From: Podarcis cretensis
Taxonomy: Eukaryota
Direction: 5' to 3'
Assembly: GCA_951804945.1 (NCBI GenBank)
Contig: OX638157.1
Coordinates: forward strand, 33,914,001-33,978,000
Length of the DNA: 64,000 bases
A model generated the notes under the pieces. It was not told the origin of the DNA and did not search any database. It saw nothing but the letters and a program-made list of their open reading frames with translations. Made by a program: the position numbers and the translations under genes. Shown here piece by piece: positions 1-13,969 of the stretch. How positions within the stretch are numbered: the first letter of the stretch is position 1; the number at the start of each line of letters is the position of its first letter.

Positions 1-3000
1 AAAAAAAGCTAATTTAGAAAACTCTTAACAGAGCAAGGTATGCTACCCATGTCTGCAGCTGGGGGAGGGAGGGCAGCCATACTTGACCCTACAAATAAAA
101 TGCCTATTGTTTAAATTGTGTTATTTCTTAGCTTCAGGATGGGAGGAGAGAAATATATTATTTGCATATTATTAAACAAGTTTAATTATTCAAAGGATAA
201 AGAACAAAGCAATCCCAGAAACAGAATGGATAAAGTCTAGAACTTCAGTCTGTATTTCCACTGGGACTTTTGACTCTATTAATTTCCCAAGAAGCAAGTT
301 CCTAGGATTGAGGGAGAGCTGCCCCCAAACTCACACTGCCTGTGCTGAAGCCCCTGGGTGTGCTTGAAAATGTTTCCCCGAGCAGCCTTTGACATGGGAA
401 ACATACATTTGGAGAAATGATAACAGGGAATGGGAAGGGGGGCAGTGCAACAGGCAGCAGCTGCAGACTTAATCCCATCATGAAAGCTCGGGGATAGTGA
501 AGCAGAGCTGGTGAATGGCCTGGTGAGAGTGTTTGTTGTTGAAGAGGTTGTGTGGCAGGAGAACTGTAGGGCTATATAGAGAGGTTTGAGAGACCACATT
601 TGGCCCATGGTTTCCCCACTCCTGTGATAGCCAAAGAATGTATACTTAACCAGAAATGTAAAAGAGGCATATACATTCTGCACCGCAAAACTTCAAGATG
701 CTAAATAGAGCTTCACAGAGTAAGTCAGGTATATGGAGTGGGTTAGTGAAAATTACAGCTAACTCAATAAAATATAGCATATATCTCACATAACTAATAA
801 ATGCCCAAGCCTAGCAGTTGCGTGTTTAAAAGGTAGTTGGAACAGCATAAAAATAATTTAGTTTAGCAGAGATCGACTCATAAGATTAAGCAGATTCCAA
901 AGTAGCTGTTATGACAGTTGCATTCATTTTATCTGTTCATGTCAGGTAATTAAGAGGCCGCATCTGAGAATAAGAAGTCAAGTGACAAAGTGCTGGAACA
1001 TACTAACACATTAAATAAAAATAAGTTGCTTATACCAGATGGTATTCATCCAACCGTTGCATATGATTTTCAGGGGGGAAGTTGACTTTATTTCCAACAG
1101 AAATAGTCCTGTCCCTTGTTCTAGATAAATTAAACTAGGAAAATGTTTCGGTTTGCAATGCTTTATAATTGCTGTGGTTATCAAATCTCATCCATTTAGA
1201 ATGGCACTACTAAAAATTCAGGAGACGTCATAAGGATTGAGAGACATGAAATGTCTAAGAGAAGAGTAGTCCTTTTCCTATCTGGCGACATTTGTAAAGA
1301 CAGAATATGAGCAAATGGGTTCTGGGTCATACAGATGCAAAGCACAATTCCTGCAATGGTAGGAATGATAAAGTCTGTTGAAGCAGAGAGGACAGACAGC
1401 AGAAAGGGTTAAAGGACATGAAGTGGAAAACCAAATGGGAATAGAGTGGGAAAGGAGACAGTAATGAGTATATAAATGGCAGGGAAGTTGTCCCCTTCTC
1501 CCATATGGACAGAGAGAATCTTGAGACTGTTACATATAATGTTAGCCCCAGATTGTAAGTATCTAGATAATAACGGTATGTTGCGGAAGCTCTGTAGCTC
1601 AGTGGTGTGCAATCAGTTCCAACATCTCCAGCTAGGGTTATGAAGCTCTCCTGTCTGGAGCCTTAAAAAAAGAGCAAATGTGATATTTATTCTTTTGGAG
1701 TTATTTAATGATATTAAAGAGTCAAAAACCAAGTAATGAGATTCTAAGATTGGACTGAGACCTAAACGGAAGTTCTGTGAACTACCTCAGAGGCAAGTCC
1801 TATTGAATGGGACTTTCTACAGTCACTAAAAGAGATAATTAATCATGGCAAAGACTTGAGACTAGATGTGCTGATCGATAGCTGGCTTAAAAAAGGTTTT
1901 TAGGTTGCTTGTCCAGCCTTTGGGAAAAGTGACCAAAGGGCGTTTTATTAGACTCAAGTTGGCATCTGCCTATAAAACTTGAGATGAGGAGCTGATGCTA
2001 AGTATTTGATACAGCCTTGGCTCTGGTCTGTTCAAGTCAGGTAGAATGTAATCATATATTGAAAAGCCTTTCTTCTTCTTCTCCAGCTGAAGAGATAGGA
2101 AAGGTTGCACTCCAGGTGTTGTTGAACTATACCTAGCTAGCATGGCCATTGGTCAGGAGTGATTTCAGTTGCAGTCCAAAATAGTGGCGGGCACCAGGTT
2201 GGGGAATTTTGAGTTAAGCATAGGCTGAGTCTTTCCAGATAGCCCATCTCGCAGCCGCCACGTTTTGAAAGTCACTCCTGAAGGTCAGTGCCCCTCTGCA
2301 GTTAAAGAGGCTACAGTTAAAAGTGAGGATGAAGAAAGTATTTTATAATTTGTGATGGCAACAAGCAGAATCCACACAGGGCTTTTATTTAAAGATCCTC
2401 TGTATTTGAACCAAACCCTTGCTGACTTCAGTGGGATTATTATGCTACTCAGACGAAACCACATAATTCAGATGTTATAACCGCAGCCTGTAATTTGGCC
2501 ATGGATAATGGCATGGTCAGAAAAAAACTTTTGAGAAGACAAGCTTTCAAAATAACAACTCATGTACAGTAAGTGTCTGGACCATATCAGGATGTAAAAG
2601 AGACCTTTTACTATGCCAGATATACTATGTGCAGAATTTCCCACATTTAGTCCACCTGCATTTTGAGATATTAAACCTATAATTCTATACATACCATACC
2701 TAGCAGAAGCAAGCCCCACTGGCCATGCTGATATGTTCTTCTCAATAAACATGCATAGGACTGCCTGCAGTTCTAAAAAATCACTGCTTTTAAATAAATA
2801 AACTAATCTTTTTTTCAAAAAAACCAACCAAACAAATTGAAATTTTTTTCCCCATACCAAACTAGTGTTGTTGTTCATTTTTATGGGTTGTAATAATGTG
2901 ATCTTGTAAAAATCATTTATTAAACTTTTTTAATCTACGAAAAGATTTTCTATCTCATATTTTATCTCTTGTTAGTAATCTTAAGGAAGCAGCTACTTGC

Positions 3001-5534
3001 CCTCTCAGAGGGCCATAGCAATGGGATGATTGGAATAATGGGCAGTGAGGAAATAGTTATGTTGAAATATCCTCAAAAATTAACTTCATTTTGGGAATAA
3101 AATTACATATAAATAATATTTATTCCATGAATATTTTGCATTCTGCTTAAAAAGAACAAGAAAAACAGGAAGGGGAATATATCCACTTTTTTAGTTTTAA
3201 ATATATGATTGACAAAGCAGGTATTTTATGCAGCTATTGCAGGAGCTGCTTTGTGTGGTAAAGATGTTGAAGAGAACTTTGTAGTATGATGTCTCTATAA
3301 AATGCACCAAGGACAGAGATGATTCAGTGCCATTTGCGTAGTACTTTCAACCACAACGACTATAAGCTTCTTTGCAAACCCAAGAATAGATAATGTTAGT
3401 TTATCACCAGAGGTGGAAAAATTATATATGTGCTCAAGAAACCATTTAGCTGCACAAAGAAACTGAAAATTAGCAACAGTATTAGGCAAACCAGAAATAT
3501 CACAAAATAGCATGCCAGCTTCCACATTCTCCATAACTCGTGGTCTGACAGCTTGCCATCACCTCTGTAAATTGGCAAGAATGATTTTAGCATATTATGG
3601 ATTGTTATGGTTGTTTTTCGGAATTTCAGGTATATATCTTACTGAAAAATGGCACTGCACCACAGTTTTGAGATAGTACTAAAATGAGGCTGTCATAATG
3701 ATTTCATTTACTATAATTCAAGTAGTGGAGATCTTAACTAGGATATGGAATAGTTGCTCTTAATTTGGGAGAACATGAGTTAACAGGGTACACAGCTAGA
3801 AATTTTTAAGCATTAGCATTACTGATTCTTACTGAGCATTCCCCAACCCCATAAATGCCATCTTTATTTGTCCTTTCTGCTTGGAACACCTTCCATGGAG
3901 TATGAAATCCATTGATCTCAAGGAGGTGTACAGTAGAGCTTCCTGTTGCAATGTTTTTCTTGTTTTTGGATCTGTATGATAGGGAGGAAACCCAGCTGTT
4001 AGTAGTTAATTTATCTCTCGGCAATATTTTCTAGGTATCATATTTTTAATTTGTTTAATTTATTATGTTTTTCCTAATACTCTGCCACTAATATCTTAAG
4101 GTCCCTGGTTCCAAAACATCCACCTTCATTTAAGAAGACTTCCTTTCAACTACCTTCGTCCTGCAGAAGAAGCAACCGTATGAAGAGCAGAGAATTAAAC
4201 TAGCTCTTGGAGAGGCCCCTGTTTATGCATGCATAGGAATACAAGCTTGCATTGGACAAATCGGTTGAGAGAAAAAAATACTGTGAATGGGTTATGATTT
4301 GTAATCAAAGAGATTTAGTTGTCCTAAATCTGAATCCAAACCTTCTTCCTCCTGGTTTCTGTTATTCAAAACTAGATTTCATTTTTATACCAAAGATAAT
4401 AGTTACACAAACTTAATTAGCAAGGGATGTTATCATAGTGGTAGAACATGTACTTTGCATAGGTTAAATTCCTGGCATTCCGTTTGTTTTTGTTTTTAAG
4501 GATCAGACAGCAATAAATGTGAAAGATCTCTGGAAGAACCTGAAAAGCTGCTGCCAGTCAAATTAGACCAGGCTTTGTCACGCTGGTGCCCACAGATGGT
4601 TTGGACTAAAACTTCCCTCAGCTCAGCCAGTTGGGCTTCTTGGAGCTGATGGGAGTTGTAGACAAAAACTGCTGCAGGGCACCAGTTTGGCAAAGGCTGT
4701 ATTAATCAATGCTCAGCCAAATGGGCAAATAGTCTAACCATGTAAAAGTCAGTTTCTTATGTAATCACCATATAAAATACTTGTGTTAGTTTTGGTTAAT
4801 AATGTTCTGCAGTAAATCATATAGTGCTATGCTAGTGCTCATCTGTGGAAAGGTAGTGGTGGGGAACACACAATAATATTTGAGGCATAGTGATTGAGAG
4901 CAGCCTTCTCGAAATGTGAAGCAGAAGATTTATCTGTGGGGTTAAAAGCACAAATGAAAATAACATTCACTTTGCCATAAGTGTGTATTTAATTTATGCA
5001 CCCGTAGAGAAAAATGGAAAAGGATGTATGTAGTGTCAAAACTAAAAAGGAGAAAATGAAGCTTATCTACCTAAATGACTGCCGACGCTATTTTAGTAAG
5101 AACGAAAATAGTTAAGTGCTACATTATATAATGAAGAACATGAATAAGTCAGGACTAAAGTCTTCAATATAGCAAAGTTGTTAGGTTTAACATGCATTAC
5201 ATTTGTCATTCATCTACCATGCATTTTCTACTCTGTGGCTTGCTTCTGATCCACATTAAAGCCTCACTCTCATGACTGACATGTGGGCTGTTGTGATGAG
5301 CATGTTATGCAGGCGATTGTGCTTGAGTTAAATGTATTTTAGATCTGGGGTACGTTCATGGACATTGTCACAACCAAAGATACATTTTGTGCCCTATCCA
5401 CCCACCTGGCTTGTATCATGAGCAACTGCTTCCCATAATTGGAATTAAATATTCACACACATTGCAGTTTCTTGGCAAACATATTTGCATACTTGAACTG
5501 GCGTTTTGATTTATTTTAAAGCAGAAAATTCTCA

Positions 5535-6440
5535 AAGCAACTTTGTTTCTGTGAGGGGGAAATGGAAGGAACTGCATAGGTTTAGCATGAAGAAGAGAAG
5601 ACCAGGAGAGGTGAGGGGTGGGGAGAGAGAAAGGCAAAGTTGACTACGCAGCAGCAGCTTGCTGGAGTGAGGTGGTGGAGAAGTCTGTACTGTGTGGGCA
5701 CATCAGCCAAGCCGATCCGGCACTCTCAATAAACCTACGACTGCACCCATTTCTCTCTCCCTCTTGCTAAGCTGTAGCGACCCTGCTGTGGGAAGGTCAG
5801 GTGTATGGCCATGCCTCTCTCTGCTGGCTGCAACAGATTTTTATTTAGTCATTTAGTCACGTCTGACTCTTTGTGACCCCATGTACCAGAGCACACCAGG
5901 CACTCCTGTCTTTCACTGCCTCCCACAGTTTGGTCAGACTCATATTTGTAGCTTCAAGAACACTGTCCAACCATCTCGTCCTCTGTCGTCTCCTTCTCCT
6001 TGTGCCCTCAATCTTTCCCAACGTCAGGGTCTCTTCCAGGGAGTCTTCTCTTCTCATGAGGTGGCCAAAGTATTGGAGCCTCAGCTTCAGGATCTGTCCA
6101 TCCAGCTTCAACAGATATCAATCTTCAAATACCTGAAAGGCTGTCATACCTAGGTGAAGTCAAATGGGTTTTTTGCTGCTGCCTCAGGGGAAAGGACTAG
6201 ATTCAGTGGACTGAATTTACAGGAGGATGGTTTTCAGTTGATTACTAGGAGAAATGGTAAGAGAAGTTCAATGATGGAAGCAGATTACTGAGGGAAGTGG
6301 TGGGCTCTCTTGAAAGGAAAATGCAAATGGAGACTGTGCAGCCATTTGCTGGGAATGCTCTCTAGCTCTGGATTTCCTTCATCTTGCAATGAGATAGACT
6401 AGGAGGACTACTGGATTCCCTCCATTTCTGTGATTCCACA
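5535..6440 (+). mobile_element. Old CR1 3' end, split by later insertions (pieces ~5535-5612 and ~6114-6440)
   Basis: KELHRFSMKKRR at ~5566-5601 resembles CR1 KELGMFSLEKRR; ISIFKYLKGCH at ~6115-6147; CR1-type TTCTGTGATTC tail at ~6426-6436. Confidence 0.65.
5839..6104 (-). mobile_element. Bov-B (RTE) LINE 3' fragment, 5'-truncated
   Basis: Encodes the Bov-B RT C-terminus (GQILKLRLQYFGHLMRREDSLE...RWLDSVLEATNMSL...VHGVTKS). 12-bp TSD GCTGCAACAGAT (5827-38) / GCTTCAACAGAT (6105-16). Confidence 0.92.
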
Positions 6441-6489
6441 GCAAAACATTTTTAATCAATCTATCTGGAATACATTAGGAACTAAAGCA

Positions 6490-6682
6490 GAATCTAATTA
6501 AAAGGCAGGAGGGACTGTTTGAATGTGTTTTTGGGAGGGGGGTTATTGGTTTGTTTTTGTTTTTGTTGCATTGTGTATTTTTGTATTCTCATTTTATGTT
6601 TTTCTATTGTGAACCGCCCTGGGGATCTTTCAATGAATGGCATTATACAAATTTAATTAATAACTACTATTACTACTACTAT
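6490..6682 (+). mobile_element. L2-type 3' UTR and tail remnant
   Basis: T-rich UTR, TGTGAACCGCCCTGGG...TATACAAAT terminus and (TAC/TAT)n tail. Confidence 0.6.
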
Positions 6683-7859
6683 TCAACACTTCAGCATGTC
6701 CCCAGAAGTTGTCCAGAAGCCAACTCAGCTGTTGTAATAGGGGCCTCCCAAGTGTTGAATGAGTTAGCACTCCAGCTACCATGTTCTGCACCAACTGACA
6801 ATTTCACATAGCATACTATACATTGCATTTAATGTGGTAAATTCCTGGCTCTGATCTGGCACACCAAGCACTTTTTTTCACCCACCCACCCAGAACATAC
6901 CAATTTGAGCAGAAACTGGCACAAAAAGTCAAAGAAGACACAGCACTTGGGGATTCTAATGGAGATGCAAATTGTCCCCTCCTCAGTCATCAGATTGACC
7001 ATATGATGAGCAGGGTGGAGACAGTTGTCCCATCTGCAGTTTATCTGCATGGATCAGAAAAAGAGAGGAGAGGCTATATGCCTCTCTGTGTGTGTCCCCC
7101 AACCCATAGTTAGCAAGTGACCCATGCAAAGCTGGCCAAAGGTGAAAGTTGCCCTCAGGTAAAATTTTAAAATACCAAGCACCTTGTGTTGCATTAATTA
7201 TGTGATTAGTAATTGCATCATTATTGTTAAACCAACAAATACCAGGTAACGGAAGGAGGGATGGGCCTCTTCCTGCATTCCTTTGAGTGGAAGGGTGGGA
7301 TATAAATTTAATAAATATTTTACCACAGTTTTAGCCTGCCAAGTTTCCCAAGCAAACACAGAGACTTAGCTAGCTACAACCTGCACATGGCAGGTGCTGC
7401 AGAGATATTTGGCCCATCATTTCTTAATTTAGTACAGAATTTAATGTATTTAGCAGAATTTTGCTTGGACAGAATGTACAGTAAATGGCTTAAATATGCC
7501 AGGTGGCTATGTTTTCCTTTCCTTCTTGGTACTCAGTACCCTCTTTTCCTCATTTGTGATTTTACAAGAAGCAAAATGAATTGATTTCTTTTATGTAAAC
7601 TGCCTTTAAATAATAAATTATAAAAAGAATTGAGTTGTTTATATTTGTAGTAGCCTGTCCTTTAACAAAGAATCAGAGCTGTCTGGCCCCTTTTGCCATC
7701 TTATACCCGGGAGGCAGTAAACATTTTGTTAGGCCTACCTGTGTGGGGCACAGAAATCTACAGCATTAAGTTTGCCCAATTCCAAATCAAAGTCATTGTG
7801 TCAGTACCTTTTTGTAGTTAAATAAAACAAGAGCTCAGAAATATAGCTTGCGGTAACAA

Positions 7860-8330
7860 AGCACACTAATTGTTGTTATGATGGCCTAGTGTCAGCGATG
7901 AAGAGGATAACAAGTGGCCTATTTCAGGCATAATATGACTCATCAGTGACTTAGACATTGCAGTGAAGAGTATGCTAATCACATATTTAAACAATACAAG
8001 CTTGGAAAGGATTGCAAATCTTTTGCGGAATGCAATTAAGTACTCTATAATCTTGATAAATTAGAAGGACGGGCTGAAATTTGATAGGATAGCACTTCAA
8101 AACACGATATAATTGCTTTGCTTTTGAACACAAAATCAAAGACCAAAGCGGATAAAGAAGTGACACAAAAAAAGAAGAAGAAAATAAGGACGAGTAACTC
8201 AAATGTGCAGAAGTCTAAGGAAACACTGGCTGGATTATGATAATGCTGTTATCTGAAGATCTGTGCTGTAATAAATAACAGCCAGCATGGATTGAAAGCA
8301 TCATTGTGGATATGTGAACTCATTTTGTAC
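7860..8330 (+). mobile_element. Ancient CR1 RT remnant
   Basis: Degenerate translation KSMLITYLNNTSLERIAN (cf. STLIKFADDTKLGGVAN) followed by LDKLEGRAE (cf. LDRLEEWAE). Confidence 0.6.
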
Positions 8331-8400
8331 CTTTAAGAAAAGAGTGCATGCAGGTCCCATCTTGTGTTGAGTATGGGAGCCTTCAAACTTCGTCATAGTG

Positions 8401-8636
8401 CAGTGGTACCTCTGGTTAAGAACTTAATTTGTTCCAGATGTCTGTTCTTTACCTGAAACTGTTCTTAACCTGAGGTACCTCTAATGGAGCCTCCTGCTGC
8501 TGCCGCGCCACAACCGCGAGATTTCTGTTCTCATCCTGAAGCAAAGTTCTTAACCCAAGGTACTATTTCTGGGTTAGTGGAGTCTGTAACCTGAAGCGTC
8601 TGTAACCTGAAGCATCTGTAACCTGAGGTACCACTG
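8401..8636. mobile_element. Tc1/pogo(Tigger)-type MITE
   Basis: TIR CAGTGGTACCTC...GAGGTACCACTG; TA at the right flank and TG at the left; subterminal 17-bp repeats TCTGTAACCTGAAGC. Confidence 0.85.
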
Positions 8637-9865
8637 TATGGGAAGGTCAGGCAGGAGTATTGCAAGAAGGGCTGGCATATACATCTTTCAGGCACCATGT
8701 CTGAACAGGGTTGATGTTTCCTGCAGATTAAAAGAAGAAAAAAGGAACTTGAAGCATGAATAAAACTTGGGTGCTAGACAGAAGGATTTGCTGAAACATT
8801 CTCCTAGCCAGGTTAACTTTCCATGCACAGGGATTTTTTAAATGCATTGAAATCACTGAAACCATCAGTACCAGTTGCATTTTAAATTGGTTACTGTTCT
8901 TGGAGGAGTGCACATGTTTTCCCCAAATATGTAGATCTACTCTTTGCTTTTTCATTTCATTCCCACCAAGTGTTAATGTTTATTTGAGAAATTGTATTTT
9001 AAGTTGAGAATTGAAAAGGGTGAGAATTGATTTGTTAAGACTTTTATCACATTGGGTTTTTATAGCACTGTAGTCCATGTATCCCTGCAAAGCTGCACCT
9101 GAATGTCTATTGACGCTTCAGATTGTCTGGGGGAGGATTTTTATGTGGCCAGATGTGTGTGTGCTTGTGGGGAGGGGGAGAGATCTGAGAAATGTTGGAG
9201 GGTATGTTTCGATCTTCTCTGGCACGACTGCAATGGTATGTTGGATCCATGCCAATATCCAGCAAAATATAGGAAAAAATGAGAGACTCGTCTTTTGATG
9301 TGCATATATTATTCAGCTAACCCTTTGGGATATATTTTCACTGTTACTGAGTGGCAAACTTAGTGCTGCAAGGAAAACGTCGCATTTCCATTGTAAAATG
9401 CAGTGGGGTTTACTTTAAGAATATAGGTAACAGTAGCAGGACTATGGCTGGACAGGAGATGGCTATGAATGTTAGTTTTTCCAGAACTTTTCTACTGCAT
9501 CTGGAGAACAGTTTGGTGGAGTAATCAGATGGTTTGGCGAGCTAGCCCTACACATGAAGAGGAAGAACTTCCATTGCTGTAGATGATTTCCAGGATACAA
9601 GTCTATTTGGAGAATACCCACTGACAACCCAGGTCCAGAGGATCAACTCTGAAGGGAATGGCACCCCTTTGGGTTGCTTCTTTTGGATGTGACAAGGACA
9701 AGGACACTTTCCATGAGTTATTGCTTGTAGGTGGTCTTACTCCTATGTGACAGAGTGAGCAGTTGGTGGGGCAGGGATGTGAGTTAACCTTTCCTCTTTC
9801 AACTGCCTTGTCATCCAAAGGTCCAACCACATCCTTAGCCAATTTCCTGCTTTAATGTATTTAGA

Positions 9866-9867
9866 TT

Positions 9868-9907
<40 letters not shown>

Positions 9908-9908
9908 T
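9866..9908 (+). repeat. (TTTC)n microsatellite
   Basis: Direct reading. Confidence 0.95.
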
Positions 9909-10842
9909 TCCCTCATTGACTGCTTACATTTCTTTTGCTAAAATTTGTATACATTTTTTCATTTGGACATGACTTCCATTTTCTGAAGGAAGCCTTCTTT
10001 CCTCTATTAGCTCCCTTGAGTCTGCTAGTTAACCACATCAGCATACTGTTGGCCCTGGTTGGACCCTTCCGGATCACCACCTTAGATTGACTAGATGGAA
10101 TAGCTGGAGGGCCATTTTTTTCATCTGCCCATGGCAATGGAGGCTAAAGAAATACTGGTTTCATTGGTGTCTCAACATTCTTCTGCATCCTTGTGGCAAA
10201 TATTTGTGTGCTTTGACTGAAATAATCTACATTTAATAAATGGCATAAAAGAAATAAAGCAGAGATGATGACATGTTTATTGTACAAACTGGAGTTTTAT
10301 ATTGTATATGTGTATCCCTATATACATAAAAATGTAAGACGGTCACCATGTAGCCCCAATTGGAGGATTTATAAAGAAGAATATGGTAGGATGGTGGCTT
10401 CATAACTGGCAGAAGTTGAAGAGGGTGCTTAGTAGCTGCAATGTGTGTCATGGGTCACAAGCAGGAACTCTAAACACAATTTAGTGCATGTTTTGGAGTA
10501 TTTGTGGCCTCTTTTAATAGGCAGGTCCTGTAAAACCCATCTTTTATTTATATGCATGAATTTTTAAAGTTTTTATTTGTTTGTTTTCATGTTCATACTG
10601 TGTTGTAAGTCTGAGTCAATTTTGTGAGCCAAGTCAATAATATTATTAATAGCAACAGCTTTATAAGTAATGAGGGCTTGTGTCCCCTCCCTAATATGTG
10701 ATGGACTGATAATTCCAAGGGGGAGAACTGTAGTAGTATGTCCTTTGGCATCTTCAGTGAGAGAAGGTAGACTGAAGTGAAAAATCTCAAGGGCCCAGAA
10801 GGGAAAGTGTCATGCAGGCATGTTGGCTTGAAATCTGGACAG

Positions 10843-11046
10843 CAGGGCTGGTCTGCCCATGAGTCAATGTGAAGCAGCTGCCTTGGGTGGCAGAAATTTC
10901 ATGAGAACTCGCACAAGGTCTCACAAAATTTTGTAAGAATACATCATCGTCATCACTGTTTCACAGGCATTGCAATCCAGGTAAGGGAGGCTGCAGAAGT
11001 GGTGCTTGTTTTATCCCAGGCAGAAAAATAAGATGCATCACCCCTG
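10843..11046. mobile_element. hAT MITE, 8-bp TSD CTGGACAG
   Basis: CAGGG...CCCTG termini; TSD at 10835-42 and 11047-54. Confidence 0.85.
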
Positions 11047-11877
11047 CTGGACAGACTGCTGAGATGGTAGGACATGGGATTATAGGATCTGGGAACATGA
11101 GGATGTGGTGAAGGTTGTGCAGGTTGGTTGCATATAACCTGTGTTGTTTACACTGGGGGAATAGAGTGGAAGATCTGCATTCAGGAAAAGGATAGGGATG
11201 ATGCTACATGAAGATGTAGAAAAGCTATGCTAATACATTTTGATTTCAATCCTATGCCCACCTATCTGAGAGTAAGCCCCATCAAACTTAGTGGGACTTA
11301 GGTCTATATTCATAAGATTGCACTCCATGTTAATTGCAGTCACATTTATCTCACTTCTAGAAAGTTTCTTTAAGCTTTTCTTTTAGCAGGTATTTTGAGC
11401 AGTTATATGCAAGCTTGGCAATTAGTTAAATGTTGCTGCTAGTTAGAGAGATCTTGAATATGTGCTAATATGTGCTTAAAGAAGTCACCACAGCAGAAGC
11501 ACTGAATAATCAGTTAAAGCCTCTGAAAGCATGGGATAGCTGTCACAAGATAATCAACATCAGAGGCTACATTTCAAATACAAATGTACAGTAATATATC
11601 AGTTTGCAGTAATTATTTGCAATATACTGTTGAGTTTGCGGTGTTCTTTATGGAATGTGTAGCATGGTCAGGATAATTGTTTATGTATTTCTTTACACAA
11701 CTTTTTCCAACCCCCGCGTGTTGAAAATTTAGGGATAGGTTGAAGTACATTACTTCACACTACTGACCATAAAAAACCTAACATTTTATGCTGCATCTGG
11801 AATATCAGGATCAGATTTGTCTCATTCATATATATATATATATATGCACACACATACAACACATACACACATACATA

Positions 11878-12086
11878 CAGTGGTACCTCTACTTACGAAT
11901 GCGACCCATTTTGGGGTGCCATTCGCACCCCAAAAAGTCCAGAAGTAGAGTGCCGCTACTGTGCATACGCAAAGCACCATAGAGCACTTCTGTGCATGTG
12001 CGAAGTGCGCAGATTGCTTCTGGCGTGCTCGCATTTGCAACCTGAAAATCCACAACATGAAGCGAATGCAACCAGAGGTATGACTG
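11878..12086. mobile_element. Tc1/pogo-type MITE within (CA/TA)n
   Basis: TA-CAGTGGTACCTC...GAGGTATGACTG. Confidence 0.8.
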
Positions 12087-13458
12087 TGCGTGTGTGTATT
12101 CACACACACACACACACACTTATATTCTAAACATTAAATGCTTGCTTAATTGTCAAGAGCTCTCCTAAGGTAAATCAGTGGTATTAAGTGTTTGAAATGA
12201 ATGCATATGAACAGCATAGACCAATGAATATTAACTTGGTAGCAAGTTCGGTGATGCTTAGTTGCAGGTAAGTGTAGATTAGATTTTAGCCCCAGAATGT
12301 AGTTCTTACAAAAAGGCTAACATAAAGAGGACTTTTTGTCCTCTTATCAGAATTCTACTAGATAGCCTGAATAACCTAGACTACCAGACTCATCTAGACT
12401 GCTAGGACGTATTCTGTGCTGGAATTGACAAAACAGTCTGTCTGTCTGTCTGCAGAATTTGGTTCATAACCCTTTTTAGCAAATTCACTTGATTGCTGGT
12501 CCAGTATCCACAAATATGCTCTGACAGAAAAAGTGACCTATTTGCATTTAGATGAGCCATCTGCCCCATTTTGATGGTGGAGGTAACAGCATCAGCATCA
12601 AAGTCATTTTGATGGATAAAAAGCTCTGAATGGTTAGTGCTATGTCCATCAGTGCCTTTTGCATCCCTGCTTATGTTTGTATCAGTGTCACCAAAATGGA
12701 TTTGAGTTGATTTGGGCAGCAATATTACACATGCACTTACATGCAGCAAGATGAAGGACAGGGTTTTATTCCTGCTGGGGGCAAGATAGCTTTTGGATGT
12801 ACTTTTTCACTTTATTTTTTTTTGACCTCTTGAGTATGGACAAAACCACTGGTACACTGAATAGAGATGAAATGATCTGTTGTATTTATATATTTATATA
12901 GATGAAAGCAAGGATGTTTGTTGCAAAGGGGGAGAAAACAGCAATTACTGCAATCGTTGTTTTATTGCACAACCCAAAGAGCTGATGCTCACATCTCTCA
13001 TTTGATTTTTACACAGCTTATAAATAATTGTACATGTCAGGGTGAGCATTGCTGGCTTACTTTAGAGTTTCCTATGTGACTCTTGGACTTTATTCTCAGC
13101 TACTCTGGAAGCCATGTGACAAACTAGATGTTTGCTAGACATGTAGCATGCCGCTGCTAAGCACCTAGTTTTTTTCTTAATTACAGACACGGTGGGTCAA
13201 CCCTTATGGGGAAGGCAGCTCCTAGGGAGGTACGGCTTATATCTCACCACCTCAGCATGATTAGAGTGAACCTCCACCCCCTACACATAGCTAGGGGCCT
13301 TAAGAATAATGCTCCCCTTTGTGTCAGTGGGGTCCTTTTCTTTTAAGACTCCTAACTGTTTAGGTGGGTAAAGAGTTTAACTCCAATAACACAGAGGAAG
13401 GATGCAATATCCTCCCTTCCCATATGCAGCCTTTTCAGTAAGTATCTCAGTCCCCACT

Positions 13459-13969
13459 TTGTTGTTGTTGTTTAGTCGTTTAGTCGTGTCCAACTCTTCA
13501 TGACCCCATGGACCAGAGCACACCAGGCGCTTCTGCTTTCTCTTGCCTCCCACAGTTTGGTCAAACTCATGCTGGTAATTTCGAGAACACTGTCCAACCA
13601 TCTTGTCCTCTGTCGTCCCCTTCTACTTGTGCCCTCCATCTTTCCCAACATCAGGATCTTTTCCAGGGAGTCTTCTCTTCTCATGAGGTATTGGAGCTTC
13701 AGCTTCAGGATCTGTCCTTCCAGTGAGCACTCAGGGCTGATTTCCTTCAGAATGGATAGGTTTGATCTTCTTGCAGTCCATGGGACTCTCAAGAGTCTCC
13801 TCCAGCACCATAATTCAAAAGCATCAATTCTTCAGCGATCAGCCTTCTTTATGGTCCAGCTCTCACTTCCATACATCACTACTGGGAAAACCATAGCTTT
13901 AACTATACGGACCTTTATCGGCAAGGTGATGTCTCTGCTTTTTAAGATGCTGTCTAGGTTTGTCATTGT
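13459..13969 (-). mobile_element. Bov-B (RTE) LINE 3' fragment with (CAA)n tail
   Basis: Translation RVPWTARRSNLSILKEISPECSLEGQILKLKLQY...RWLDSV; (GTT)n tail on +; TSD TCAGTCCCCACT (13447-58) / TCAGTCCCCGCT (13970-81). Confidence 0.95.

Noticed and set aside
279-2878. 134-aa and 136-aa minus-strand ORFs
   Set aside because: No motifs or exon structure; length is within chance expectation.
12902-13005. Possible alternative last exon (xESKDVCCKGGENSNYCNRC...LI*)
   Set aside because: The acceptor lies in a (TA)-rich run with no real pyrimidine tract, and I recognise no homology.
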